Below, one piece after another: positions 17,266-25,709 of a DNA stretch of 64,000 nucleotides. The notes beneath the pieces are model-generated. The model made no database searches and had not been told where the DNA came from. It was given only the letters and a program-made list of their open reading frames with translations. Each line of letters begins with the position of its first letter. Position 1 is the first letter of the stretch. The position numbers and the translations under genes were made by a program. Source of the DNA: an uncultured Pelagibacteraceae bacterium (GTDB lineage: Bacteria; Pseudomonadota; Alphaproteobacteria; Pelagibacterales; Pelagibacteraceae); NCBI GenBank assembly GCA_902543375.1, contig CACBYE010000004.1:5869-69868 (forward strand), given 5' to 3'.

Positions 17266-19946
17266 AAAAAAAGGATTTATATTACGAGAGAATTCCAACT
17301 AAACTTTTACGAGAAGATGTTAAATATTTAGGTAACACACTTGGTAAAGTTATTATTACTCAGGAAGGTCAAAAGTTTTTCGATTTAGTTGAAAAAGTTA
17401 GAAAATTATCAAAAGCTAATAAAAAAAACCCAAACCAAAAAAGATTAAATAGTAAAGTGATAAATGTCATTAAGAAGCTAGATCCCAAGAATACTTTTAA
17501 ATTAACAAGAGCATTTTCACACTTTATGAATTTTATTAATTTAGCAGAATTAGTAGATGCCTCCAGAAGTTTAAATAAGTATGAAAATAATAAAAAAAAA
17601 TTAAATAAGCAGAATTTATTTATTGAAGAAATTTTTGAAGATTTATTTAATAAAGATATTTCAAAAAATAAAATATACAACTTAGCTAAAAACTTAAATA
17701 TTGGTATAGTTTTGACAGCCCATCCTACTGAGGTTAAAAGAAGAACTTTAATTCAAAAGCATCATAAGATTATAGAGATACTCGAGCAAAGGGAGTTATT
17801 AAAAAATTTTCCGTCAAAATTAAAAATACTTGATAAAGAACTTTTTGATGAATTGACGATTATTTGGAATACGGATGATTTAAAAAGAGTAAGACCATCA
17901 CCCTTTGATGAAGCTAGGTGGGGACTCGCTATAATTGAAGATAGTTTGTGGGATACAGTTCCAAAAGTGTACAGAAAATTAAACTCTATATTTGTAAAAA
18001 ATATGGGTAAAAGTTTACCTAAAAATTTTAATCCCATAGTATTCGGTTCATGGATGGGAGGTGATCGAGATGGCAATCCAAATGTAACTGCTGATGTTAC
18101 AAGAAAAGTAATTTTATTATCCAGATGGGAAGCTGCAAAACTTTATGAGAAAGCCCTTACTAAAATAATAAGGTCTTATTCTATGAAAAAATGCTCAAAA
18201 AAAATCCAAAAAAAAGTTGGAAAATCATTTGAGCCTTATAGAGTTTTTTTAAGACCTTTAAGAGATAAAATTCGATTAACTCATAGATCTATTGAGCAGC
18301 ATTTAGTCAATAAAAAACCTTTAAATCACAAAGAATTAATAAGTTCTCGTGAAGAAATATTAAAACCCTTAAGAGTAGTAAGAGAGTCTCTTGAGCAAAA
18401 CCAAAATGAAAATATAGCTAGTGGTGAATTGCTAGATTTAATGAGAAGAGCTAAATGTTTTGGCATTAATTTAGCAAGACTAGATATCAGGCAAGAGTCT
18501 TCTAGACATAGTCAATTGATAAACGAATTTGTACAGAGAAAATATAATAAAAGTTATTTAAAATTTAGTGAAGATAAAAGAATAGAATTTCTAAAAAAAC
18601 AAATACTTGGAAAAAAAAATCAAATTAATGATTTGCAAATAAAAAATAAAGAGAATAAAGAGGTTTGGTCTACTTTTAAAACTCTAGCTAGTGAGCCGAG
18701 TGAAAGTTTAGGAGCCTATGTTATATCAATGACAACCTCAGCCTCTGATATATTATCTGTAGTATTTTTACAGAAGGAGGCAAAAATTAAAGATAAATTA
18801 AGAGTTGTTCCTTTATTTGAAACTTTGGATGATCTTATTAATTCAAAATCAATAATGCAGACTTTATTTTCACAAAGATGGTACAGAAAATTAATTAATA
18901 ATAAACAAGAAGTGATGATCGGATATTCAGACTCCAGTAAGGACGCTGGTAAAATATGTGCGAGCTGGCATCAGTATAAGGCTCAAGAGGAAATTGTAAA
19001 TTTAGCTAAGAAATTTAAAATAGATGTAATTTTTTTTCATGGACGAGGTGGATCTGCAGGAAGAGGTGGTGGTCCAATTCAAGCAACTCTCAGATCTTTA
19101 CCTCCCAACTCTGTTAACGGTAAAATTAGAATTACTGATCAAGGTGAAGTTATTCAGCAAAAATATGGTTATGAGCCTTTAGCTAATTATAATTTGTGTA
19201 GTTACATAGGCGCTGTTACTGAAGCTACTTTAAATCCACCACCATCCCCAAAAAATAACTGGAGAAACCTAATTGAAAAAATGTCAGATATATCCAAAAG
19301 CTCTTATAGAAAGAATATTAATCAAAGTTTAGAATTTATAAAATACTTTGAAACAGTCACTCCGCACAAGGCACTTGGAAAGCTTTCAATAGGTTCGAGA
19401 CCATCGAAAAGAAAAAATATTGATAATATAAAAAGTTTAAGAGCTATACCTTGGGTTTTTGCTTGGACACAAATTAGACTTATGCTCCCAGCATGGCTTG
19501 GGAGTGCTGAGGCTTTAAGATACTCCTATATAAATAAATTTAGAAGAACCTTAGTAGACATGGAAAAAAATTGGCCATTTTTTAATTCTATGCTTGATAC
19601 ATTAGATATGGTTATTGCAAAAGCTGATCCGGAGATATCAAAAATATATGAAGAATATTTAGCAGACGAAAGTTTAAAGAGAGTTGGTAAGAAACTTAGG
19701 TTTCAATTTGATGTTATTAAAAAATTGAATAAGAAAATTACACCTAAAGAAATTGCTGCTATTAGAAAACAATTTAGATCTCCAATTATCGCTAGAAGTA
19801 TATACTCTGAGGTATTAAATATTATTCAACCTACCGTAATTAAAAAACTTCAAGTCAATAAAAACCCAAAAAATAAGCAGTTTTTAAATGACGCTTTGCT
19901 AACTTCTATAGCTGGTATTTCAGCTGCAATGAAAAATACTGGTTGA
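17262..19946 (+). CDS. ppc: phosphoenolpyruvate carboxylase
   Basis: 894 aa. Signature motifs VLTAHPTE, GYSDSSKDAG and FHGRGGSAGRGGGP, with a C-terminal ...MKNTG. Confidence 0.95.
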   Translation: MKKKDLYYERIPTKLLREDVKYLGNTLGKVIITQEGQKFFDLVEKVRKLSKANKKNPNQKRLNSKVINVIKKLDPKNTFKLTRAFSHFMNFINLAELVDASRSLNKYENNKKKLNKQNLFIEEIFEDLFNKDISKNKIYNLAKNLNIGIVLTAHPTEVKRRTLIQKHHKIIEILEQRELLKNFPSKLKILDKELFDELTIIWNTDDLKRVRPSPFDEARWGLAIIEDSLWDTVPKVYRKLNSIFVKNMGKSLPKNFNPIVFGSWMGGDRDGNPNVTADVTRKVILLSRWEAAKLYEKALTKIIRSYSMKKCSKKIQKKVGKSFEPYRVFLRPLRDKIRLTHRSIEQHLVNKKPLNHKELISSREEILKPLRVVRESLEQNQNENIASGELLDLMRRAKCFGINLARLDIRQESSRHSQLINEFVQRKYNKSYLKFSEDKRIEFLKKQILGKKNQINDLQIKNKENKEVWSTFKTLASEPSESLGAYVISMTTSASDILSVVFLQKEAKIKDKLRVVPLFETLDDLINSKSIMQTLFSQRWYRKLINNKQEVMIGYSDSSKDAGKICASWHQYKAQEEIVNLAKKFKIDVIFFHGRGGSAGRGGGPIQATLRSLPPNSVNGKIRITDQGEVIQQKYGYEPLANYNLCSYIGAVTEATLNPPPSPKNNWRNLIEKMSDISKSSYRKNINQSLEFIKYFETVTPHKALGKLSIGSRPSKRKNIDNIKSLRAIPWVFAWTQIRLMLPAWLGSAEALRYSYINKFRRTLVDMEKNWPFFNSMLDTLDMVIAKADPEISKIYEEYLADESLKRVGKKLRFQFDVIKKLNKKITPKEIAAIRKQFRSPIIARSIYSEVLNIIQPTVIKKLQVNKNPKNKQFLNDALLTSIAGISAAMKNTG

Positions 19947-19955
19947 TGGTTTTTT

Positions 19956-21236
19956 TTAGATAGCCCTAATTATTGGCAGACAATAAAAATCAGCTGTATC
20001 TATCTTAGAAGAATACTGTCTTCTCATATTCCATTTTTTATGAACACCTGCGCTTGCAAGACTTAGTGTAGATCTTCCATATCTATAGTTGGTATTGTCA
20101 ATTGATTGCATTAAGCTTTTTATCTTTTCATCTTTTTCTGATGAAAATAAATTTTTTCTACCGTCATCATTACGCAATCCTGTAAGCATAACACCTGCTT
20201 TCTGGTATTGATATCCGTTTTTGAAAATACTTTCCAAAATTAAAACTGCAGTTTTAACAGTTTCAATACTATTATTTGTTGCGATTGGAAAATCAATTGT
20301 CTTTGCATTTGAATAATAACCATAGTTTCTTTGGAAGGGACTAGTTCTGACAAAAACTGTAATTGCTTTTGCAACTAAAGACTCTGATCTAATTTTTTCA
20401 GATGCGTTTAAACAATAGTTTGCAACCGCCTCTTTCAATTCTTGAAACTTTTCAATTCTTTTTCCAAATGATCTTGAAACTACACAGCTCTTTCTTTTTG
20501 TGTGCGTTGTCTCTAAATCAATACACGGTACCCCTCTAAGTTCCATTGCAGTCCTAGAACTTAAAACATTGGAACATTTTTTGATCCATGTATTTGATTT
20601 ATTTTTAAGTTGTTTTGCATTATAAATTCCATTTTTTTGATAAAACTTCGTAAGTTGTCTGCCAACGCCCCACACATCGTTAATCTCAACTTTCTCTAAA
20701 ATTGGGTCTAAATTTTCAATACCAATTAAACTAGTAACACCCGATTGTTTTTTCTTTGCAATATGATTTGCAACTTTGCTTAAAGTCTTAGTTTTAGCAA
20801 TTCCAATACTAGTTGGAATACCTGTCCATTGTAAAACTGTTTCTCTGATTTCTCTCCCAACTTTTTCAACATCAGAGTCTAGAAAGTTAGATAAATCTAT
20901 AAATGCTTCATCAATTGAGTAAACTTCTATTTCAGTATTAAATCTTTTAAGTGTTCTCATTACCCTTCTAGATAAATCTCCGTATAAAGAATAATTTGAT
21001 GAAAAAACTTCAACTTTATTTTTAACGATGATATCTTTTGCTTTAAAATAAGGTTCACCCATTTTAATTCCCAAAGCTTTTGCCTCATTAGATCTAGAAA
21101 TGATACAACCATCATTATTAGATAACACAACTACAGGTTTTTTTCTTATTTTTGGATTGAATAATCTTTCACATGAAACATAGAAAGAATTACAGTCAAC
21201 TAAAGCTAATTTTTTAGTACGTAGAATGGATGACAT
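19956..21236 (-). CDS. umuC: Y-family translesion DNA polymerase V catalytic subunit
   Basis: 426 aa. N-terminus ALVDCNSFYVSCERLFNP and SIDEAFIDL, typical of UmuC. Overlaps umuD by 23 nt. Confidence 0.9.
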   Translation of the reverse strand: MSSILRTKKLALVDCNSFYVSCERLFNPKIRKKPVVVLSNNDGCIISRSNEAKALGIKMGEPYFKAKDIIVKNKVEVFSSNYSLYGDLSRRVMRTLKRFNTEIEVYSIDEAFIDLSNFLDSDVEKVGREIRETVLQWTGIPTSIGIAKTKTLSKVANHIAKKKQSGVTSLIGIENLDPILEKVEINDVWGVGRQLTKFYQKNGIYNAKQLKNKSNTWIKKCSNVLSSRTAMELRGVPCIDLETTHTKRKSCVVSRSFGKRIEKFQELKEAVANYCLNASEKIRSESLVAKAITVFVRTSPFQRNYGYYSNAKTIDFPIATNNSIETVKTAVLILESIFKNGYQYQKAGVMLTGLRNDDGRKNLFSSEKDEKIKSLMQSIDNTNYRYGRSTLSLASAGVHKKWNMRRQYSSKIDTADFYCLPIIRAI

Positions 21237-21609
21237 AAGTCACAACCCCCCAAATAAAAACATCTTCTTCTTCGTTAATCAAAATTCTATTAGAAAAATC
21301 TTTAGACCCAGATGATAGAAATTTTTTATCTCTTTCTTGAACTAAAGTTTTAACCACAAGTTCATCATGAACATTTGCAATAACAGTTGAAAAGTTTTTT
21401 GGTTTTAAGCTTTTATCGACAACCAATAGGTCTCCATCATTAATTCCAACATCCACCATGGATTTTCCCTGAACTCTTATAATAAAAGTAGCTGGAACGT
21501 TTTTGATTAAATGCATATTTAGATCGATATCTTCTTCGATATAATCAGTGGCAGGTGAGGGAAAGCCAGCGCCAGCTTTATGCAGATAATAAGGAATAGT
21601 GAGCTTCAT
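21214..21609 (-). CDS. umuD: UmuD-like S24 self-cleaving peptidase (Pol V accessory subunit)
   Basis: 131 aa. Ala-Gly cleavage site directly before GFPSPATDY, Ser nucleophile in QGKSM, and a downstream Lys (VVDKS). Confidence 0.85.
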   Translation of the reverse strand: MKLTIPYYLHKAGAGFPSPATDYIEEDIDLNMHLIKNVPATFIIRVQGKSMVDVGINDGDLLVVDKSLKPKNFSTVIANVHDELVVKTLVQERDKKFLSSGSKDFSNRILINEEEDVFIWGVVTYVIHSTY

Positions 21610-21624
21610 GTTCTTGTTTTGTTC
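21610..21624 (-). promoter_or_regulatory. putative LexA operator (alphaproteobacterial SOS box GTTC-N7-GTTC)
   Basis: The plus strand reads GTTCTTGTTTTGTTC. On the umuD strand this is GAACAAAACAAGAAC directly followed by ATG. Confidence 0.55.
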
Positions 21625-21627
21625 TTA

Positions 21628-21656
21628 TTTGTAGCGTACTTATACAATGTAGTCAA
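21628..21656 (-). promoter_or_regulatory. putative sigma-70 promoter of umuDC
   Basis: On the minus strand: TTGACT, a 17-nt spacer, then TACAAA, followed 3 nt later by the LexA-type box. This implies a very short leader. Confidence 0.4.
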
Positions 21657-21680
21657 TAGGTTGTATTTTGAGTCCGTAAT

Positions 21681-21715
21681 TGAATCAAAAGTGAATCAAA
21701 ACGTGAACATCAAAA
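21681..21715. repeat. three tandem imperfect direct repeats (TGAATCAAAA, TGAATCAAAA, TGAACATCAAAA)
   Basis: Read directly from the umuD/GFA divergent spacer. GAAT-N7-GAAT spacing is reminiscent of the SOS half-site spacing. Confidence 0.5.
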
Positions 21716-21769
21716 CTATATTTTGTATGCTTGTGGATAACTTCAACCAAGGATAGTTTAAATTATCAA

Positions 21770-22132
21770 ATGAAAAAATTAATTTGTCATTGTGGAGCTG
21801 TTGAAGCAGAAATAAATTTAGATGGAGATTTAGCTAAAGTAATAAAATGTAACTGTTCTATTTGTAAAAGAAAAGGAGCAATCATGTCGATGGTAAAAAA
21901 TGAAGATTTTAAAATTACCAAAGGAGAAGACAAATTAAAACTTTATCAATTTCATTCAAAAGTTGCTAAACATTACTTTTGCTCTGATTGTGGAATTTAT
22001 ACTCATCACAACCCAAGAATAAATCCAGCGATGACAGGATTCAATGTTGGGTGTATTGATGAAATAAATACTTTTGATATAAAAGAAGTTCCTGTAAACG
22101 ATGGTCAAAATCATCCTTTAGATAAAAAATAA
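21770..22132 (+). CDS. GFA family (glutathione-dependent formaldehyde-activating / CENP-V-like) zinc protein
   Basis: Cys pattern CHCG ... CNCSIC ... CSDCG, typical of the GFA domain. I start it at MKKLICHCG; the track ORF starts at a TTG at 21731. Confidence 0.75.
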   Translation: MKKLICHCGAVEAEINLDGDLAKVIKCNCSICKRKGAIMSMVKNEDFKITKGEDKLKLYQFHSKVAKHYFCSDCGIYTHHNPRINPAMTGFNVGCIDEINTFDIKEVPVNDGQNHPLDKK

Positions 22133-22137
22133 TTTCC

Positions 22138-23061
22138 ATGCAACAATTTAGTTTATGCTTCGCAAGAGTAAAAAAAGATTGTTTAAAATTCATTAAGTCT
22201 CAAGAAACAAAAGCTGATAAATTTAAGAATAAAGAAAGAATGATTAAGTCTTTCTTAATTCCATTATGTTTTTGGATTAGTAAAAAAGCTAATAAAACAA
22301 GACCTTATTTTGTGGGTTTAGCAGGTGGTCAAGGAACTGGTAAAACTACGATTAGCTCTTTAATCAGAATTATTTTGACTAAATACTTTAAATTAAATGT
22401 TTTTAGGATTTCAATAGATGACTTTTATAAAACAAGAAAAGAGAGAATAAACTTATCAAAAAGAGTTCATCCTATGCTTTTAACTAGGGGAGTTCCTGGA
22501 ACACATGATATAAATATGATGTTGAATTTCTTTAGAAAGTCAAAAAGTAAGAAATTCAAAAGGTTAAAATTACCAACATTTAATAAAGCCATCGATGACA
22601 GGTATAATAAAAAAAAATGGTATGATTTAAAAAAGAAACCAGATGTAATCATTTTTGAGGGGTGGTGTGTTGGTGCAAAATCTGAGAAAAATACTACTTT
22701 AAATAAAGCAATAAATTCATTGGAAAGAGCAAAAGACCAAAAAAAAATTTGGAGAAAACATGTTAACCACCAACTAAAATCAAAGTACAAAAACCTATAC
22801 TCACAATTAAATTGTTTAATTTACCTTAAAGCAAAAAATTTTAGTTTATTACAAAAATGGAGATTAAAACAAGAGAGGAAACTTTGGGTGAAAAGTAAAG
22901 TAAAATCGAAAATAATGAGCAAGGGAGATGTGTTAAATTTTATGCAAACTTATCAGAGAATAACTCAAAATATGTTTAGAAATATGCCTAAGTATGCGTC
23001 AGTAATATTTAATTTAAATAGTAACCATCAAATTAAATCTGCTGTATATAAAAAGAAATGA
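22138..23061 (+). CDS. P-loop kinase of the D-glycerate 3-kinase (GLYK, plant/cyanobacterial type) family
   Basis: 307 aa. Walker A GLAGGQGTGKTT, then SIDDFY, RGVPGTHD, LPTFNKA, IIFEGWCVG and WRLKQE. These line up with my memory of Arabidopsis GLYK (SIDDFY, RGNAGSHD, VPRYNKS, ILFEGWMLG, WRLQAE). Confidence 0.6.
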   Translation: MQQFSLCFARVKKDCLKFIKSQETKADKFKNKERMIKSFLIPLCFWISKKANKTRPYFVGLAGGQGTGKTTISSLIRIILTKYFKLNVFRISIDDFYKTRKERINLSKRVHPMLLTRGVPGTHDINMMLNFFRKSKSKKFKRLKLPTFNKAIDDRYNKKKWYDLKKKPDVIIFEGWCVGAKSEKNTTLNKAINSLERAKDQKKIWRKHVNHQLKSKYKNLYSQLNCLIYLKAKNFSLLQKWRLKQERKLWVKSKVKSKIMSKGDVLNFMQTYQRITQNMFRNMPKYASVIFNLNSNHQIKSAVYKKK

Positions 23062-24353
23062 TCAGAATTTTAATTATAATTACAAGCTTTATATTTTTAA
23101 TTAGTAATGCTAATGCCGAAACTTTTTCTGCGGCATTAAAAAAGGCTTATAATGATAATAATGAGCTAAATGCGGAAAGAGAAAGTTTAAATATTTCTGA
23201 GCAAGAATTAAAAATTTCAATAAGTTCATATTTACCCTCTGTAACTTTAAGTGGCAGCAAAAGCTCAGAAGATACCAATAAATTAACTAACCAAAATGGA
23301 ACAGATGCAACAATCTCAGATGTAGACCCAACTGTTCAATCAGTGACAATTACTCAAACTTTGATAGATCTAGGTAGAGGCGCAGAATTAAGCAAAAGCA
23401 AAATCGGTATTGAATTGGCTAAAGTTAAGCTTTTAAAAAAAGAACAGGAAATTTTATATAAATCAATTGAGGCTTATACGGGTTTAATTTCAGCTAACGA
23501 AAAACTTAAAATTAATAGATCGAATGTTGATTTATTAGATCGTCAAGTTGAAACAGATAGAATTAGACTTGAAAGAGGTAATATATCTTTATCAGATGTT
23601 GCTCAGTCGGAGTCTTCTTTAGCAGGCGCACAAGCAAAACTAATCCAAGCTGAAAATGATTTTTTAACGAGTAAGCTAAATTATGAAAATATTATTGGTA
23701 CAATTAGCGATACAGAATCATTAAATAAATCGTCAATAATAAAAGTTAATTTACCTAGCGAACTTAAATCTGCAATAGAGATATCAAAAAAAAGTAACCC
23801 AGATTTAATTATAGCTCGACTAGAACATGAGCAATCAAAAAAAGATACCACTAGTGCAAGATCTGATTTAGCTCCAACAGCAACACTGTCTTTTGATAGA
23901 TCAAAAACAGACGATTTAAGTTCAACTTTCGATGAAAAAGAACAAGATACTTTAAAAGCAACAGTAACATGGCCATTTTTTTCTGGAGGTAAGAATTATG
24001 CAAATCTTAATAAAAATAAAAGTTTGGAGACGCAAAAAAATCTTCTTTTAAATAATACGATTAAAAAGAACCAAACAGATGTTGCAAGTGCCTGGTCAAA
24101 TTACCAATCTAATAAAAGTTTATTAAATTCAGTAAGATCTCAAGTGAATGCTGCTGAAATTGCAAATGAGGGAATTGTAGCTGAGTATAATAGTGGTTCT
24201 GATAGAACTACTTTAGAGGTTATTCAGTCTAACTCTTTATTATTAAATGCCCAGATTTCATTGGCAGACTCAGAGAGAAATTATATTCTTTCACAGTTTA
24301 ACCTTTTAAAATCTATCGGATTGCTCAATAGCGAATATCTTAAATTAAGGTAA
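23058..24353 (+). CDS. tolC: TolC-family outer membrane efflux/secretion channel
   Basis: 431 aa with a signal peptide and two internal repeats of the OEP pattern (LP.V.LS...., coiled-coil segments). Confidence 0.8.
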   Translation: MIRILIIITSFIFLISNANAETFSAALKKAYNDNNELNAERESLNISEQELKISISSYLPSVTLSGSKSSEDTNKLTNQNGTDATISDVDPTVQSVTITQTLIDLGRGAELSKSKIGIELAKVKLLKKEQEILYKSIEAYTGLISANEKLKINRSNVDLLDRQVETDRIRLERGNISLSDVAQSESSLAGAQAKLIQAENDFLTSKLNYENIIGTISDTESLNKSSIIKVNLPSELKSAIEISKKSNPDLIIARLEHEQSKKDTTSARSDLAPTATLSFDRSKTDDLSSTFDEKEQDTLKATVTWPFFSGGKNYANLNKNKSLETQKNLLLNNTIKKNQTDVASAWSNYQSNKSLLNSVRSQVNAAEIANEGIVAEYNSGSDRTTLEVIQSNSLLLNAQISLADSERNYILSQFNLLKSIGLLNSEYLKLR

Positions 24354-24396
24354 TAATCAGCATTTTTGGGCTTAAACAAATAAATCTTGCCAATGA

Positions 24397-24411
24397 GAAC
24401 AAAATGTGTAC
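24397..24411 (+). promoter_or_regulatory. possible LexA operator upstream of recA (GAAC-N7-GTAC)
   Basis: GAACAAAATGTGTAC is identical at 11 of 15 positions to the umuD box read on its coding strand (GAACAAAACAAGAAC). It overlaps the inverted repeat AAATGT-GT-ACATTT. Confidence 0.35.
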
Positions 24412-24461
24412 ATTTATAAGCATGATTCGAGTGATAAAAATATTAAAAAAAGAGGCAAAAA

Positions 24462-25610
24462 ATGACTAAAAATAACTTAAAAGTAGTTAAATCTACTAAA
24501 AATCAAGAATTGGAAAACAAAGAAAAAAATAAAGCATTAGATGCTGCGATCAGCCAGATAACTGACAACTTCGGAAAAGGTTCAGTTATGAAGCTTGGTG
24601 AGAAAAGAGCTATGGATATCGAGTCGATATCTACAGGTTCTTTAAGTTTAGATTTAGCTTTAGGAATAGGTGGTTTACCAAAAGGAAGAATTGTTGAAGT
24701 TTACGGACCAGAGTCTTCTGGAAAAACAACATTAGCATTACAAGTTGTTGCTGAAGCCCAAAAGGCTGGTGGCATTTGTGCATTCGTTGATGCTGAACAT
24801 GCTTTAGATCCAGTTTATGCAAAAAAATTAGGAGTAAATACTGAAGAGCTTTTAATTTCTCAACCAGACGCTGGTGAGCAAGCTTTAGAAATAGCAGATA
24901 CATTAGTAAAATCAGGCTCTATTTCGGTTATCGTAATTGACTCTGTTGCAGCTTTAACTCCAAGAGCTGAAATTGAAGGTGAGATGGGCGATCATCACGT
25001 TGGTCTTCAATCAAGATTAATGAGTCAGGCTTTAAGAAAATTAACTGGTTCAATTTCAAATACCAACACTATGATGATTTTCATTAACCAAATCAGAATG
25101 AAAATAGGAGTTATGTTTGGAAGTCCTGAAACAACATCAGGTGGAAATGCACTTAAATTTTATTCATCTGTAAGAATGGATATTAGAAGAATTGGTGCCA
25201 TCAAAGATAAAGATGAAATTATTGGTAACTCTACTAGAGTGAAAGTAGTTAAGAATAAAGTTGCACCACCATTTAAAGTTGTTGAGTTCGACCTAATGTA
25301 TGGAAGAGGAATTAGTAAAATGGGTGAGTTAGTAGACCTAGGTGCTAAGGCCGACATCATTGAGAAATCAGGAGCATGGTATGCTTACAAGGGTGAGAAA
25401 ATAGGACAAGGTAGAGAAAATGCCAAAGTCTATTTAGCTCAAAATCCACAAGTTGCTGCAGAGATAGAAATGGCAATTAGAGAAAAAGCAGGTGTGATTT
25501 CTAAAAAAATTGAAGGAAATCCATTAAGTCCTGAAAAAATTGAAAAAGAGAAGAAAGTAGCTGAAAAAGAAGAAGCAGAAAAAGAGACTACTCCTCCTAA
25601 AAAGAACTAG
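24462..25610 (+). CDS. recA: recombinase A
   Basis: 382 aa. Walker [10 protein letters not shown], and [30 protein letters not shown]. Carries an extra Glu/Lys-rich C-terminal tail. Confidence 0.97.
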   Translation: MTKNNLKVVKSTKNQELENKEKNKALDAAISQITDNFGKGSVMKLGEKRAMDIESISTGSLSLDLALGIGGLPKGRIVEVYGPESSGKTTLALQVVAEAQKAGGICAFVDAEHALDPVYAKKLGVNTEELLISQPDAGEQALEIADTLVKSGSISVIVIDSVAALTPRAEIEGEMGDHHVGLQSRLMSQALRKLTGSISNTNTMMIFINQIRMKIGVMFGSPETTSGGNALKFYSSVRMDIRRIGAIKDKDEIIGNSTRVKVVKNKVAPPFKVVEFDLMYGRGISKMGELVDLGAKADIIEKSGAWYAYKGEKIGQGRENAKVYLAQNPQVAAEIEMAIREKAGVISKKIEGNPLSPEKIEKEKKVAEKEEAEKETTPPKKN

Positions 25611-25634
25611 AATTAAAGGTCATCTTTAAATTAT

Positions 25635-25659
25635 AAAGGCGCTTATTATTAGCGCCTTT
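25635..25659 (+). terminator. hairpin after recA
   Basis: 9-bp stem AAAGGCGCT / AGCGCCTTT with loop TATTATT. It is followed by CCCCCTT rather than a long T tract. Confidence 0.5.
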
Positions 25660-25709
25660 CCCCCTTATCGTTATCTAGACATAGAACAAAAAAGCTGTAT
25701 TTTAAAAAT

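Noticed and set aside
17369-18076. Two ~100-aa ORFs antisense to ppc, and the similar one in the GLYK-like gene at 22467-22790
   Set aside because: They are Phe/Leu/Ser/Lys-rich antisense frames inside strongly supported genes, with no motifs.
21732-21740. Perfect DnaA box TGTGGATAA (reverse complement of TTATCCACA) upstream of the GFA gene
   Set aside because: It is a single copy. By rough expectation, one 9-mer match in 64 kb on two strands is not surprising. There is no cluster of boxes, no adjacent AT-rich unwinding element with 13-mers, and no dnaA, dnaN or hemE context.
24422-24469. 15-codon upstream ORF ([15 protein letters not shown]) overlapping the recA start
   Set aside because: It is too short and AT-biased to tell apart from chance. 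It has no RBS, and I see no attenuator structure linked to it.
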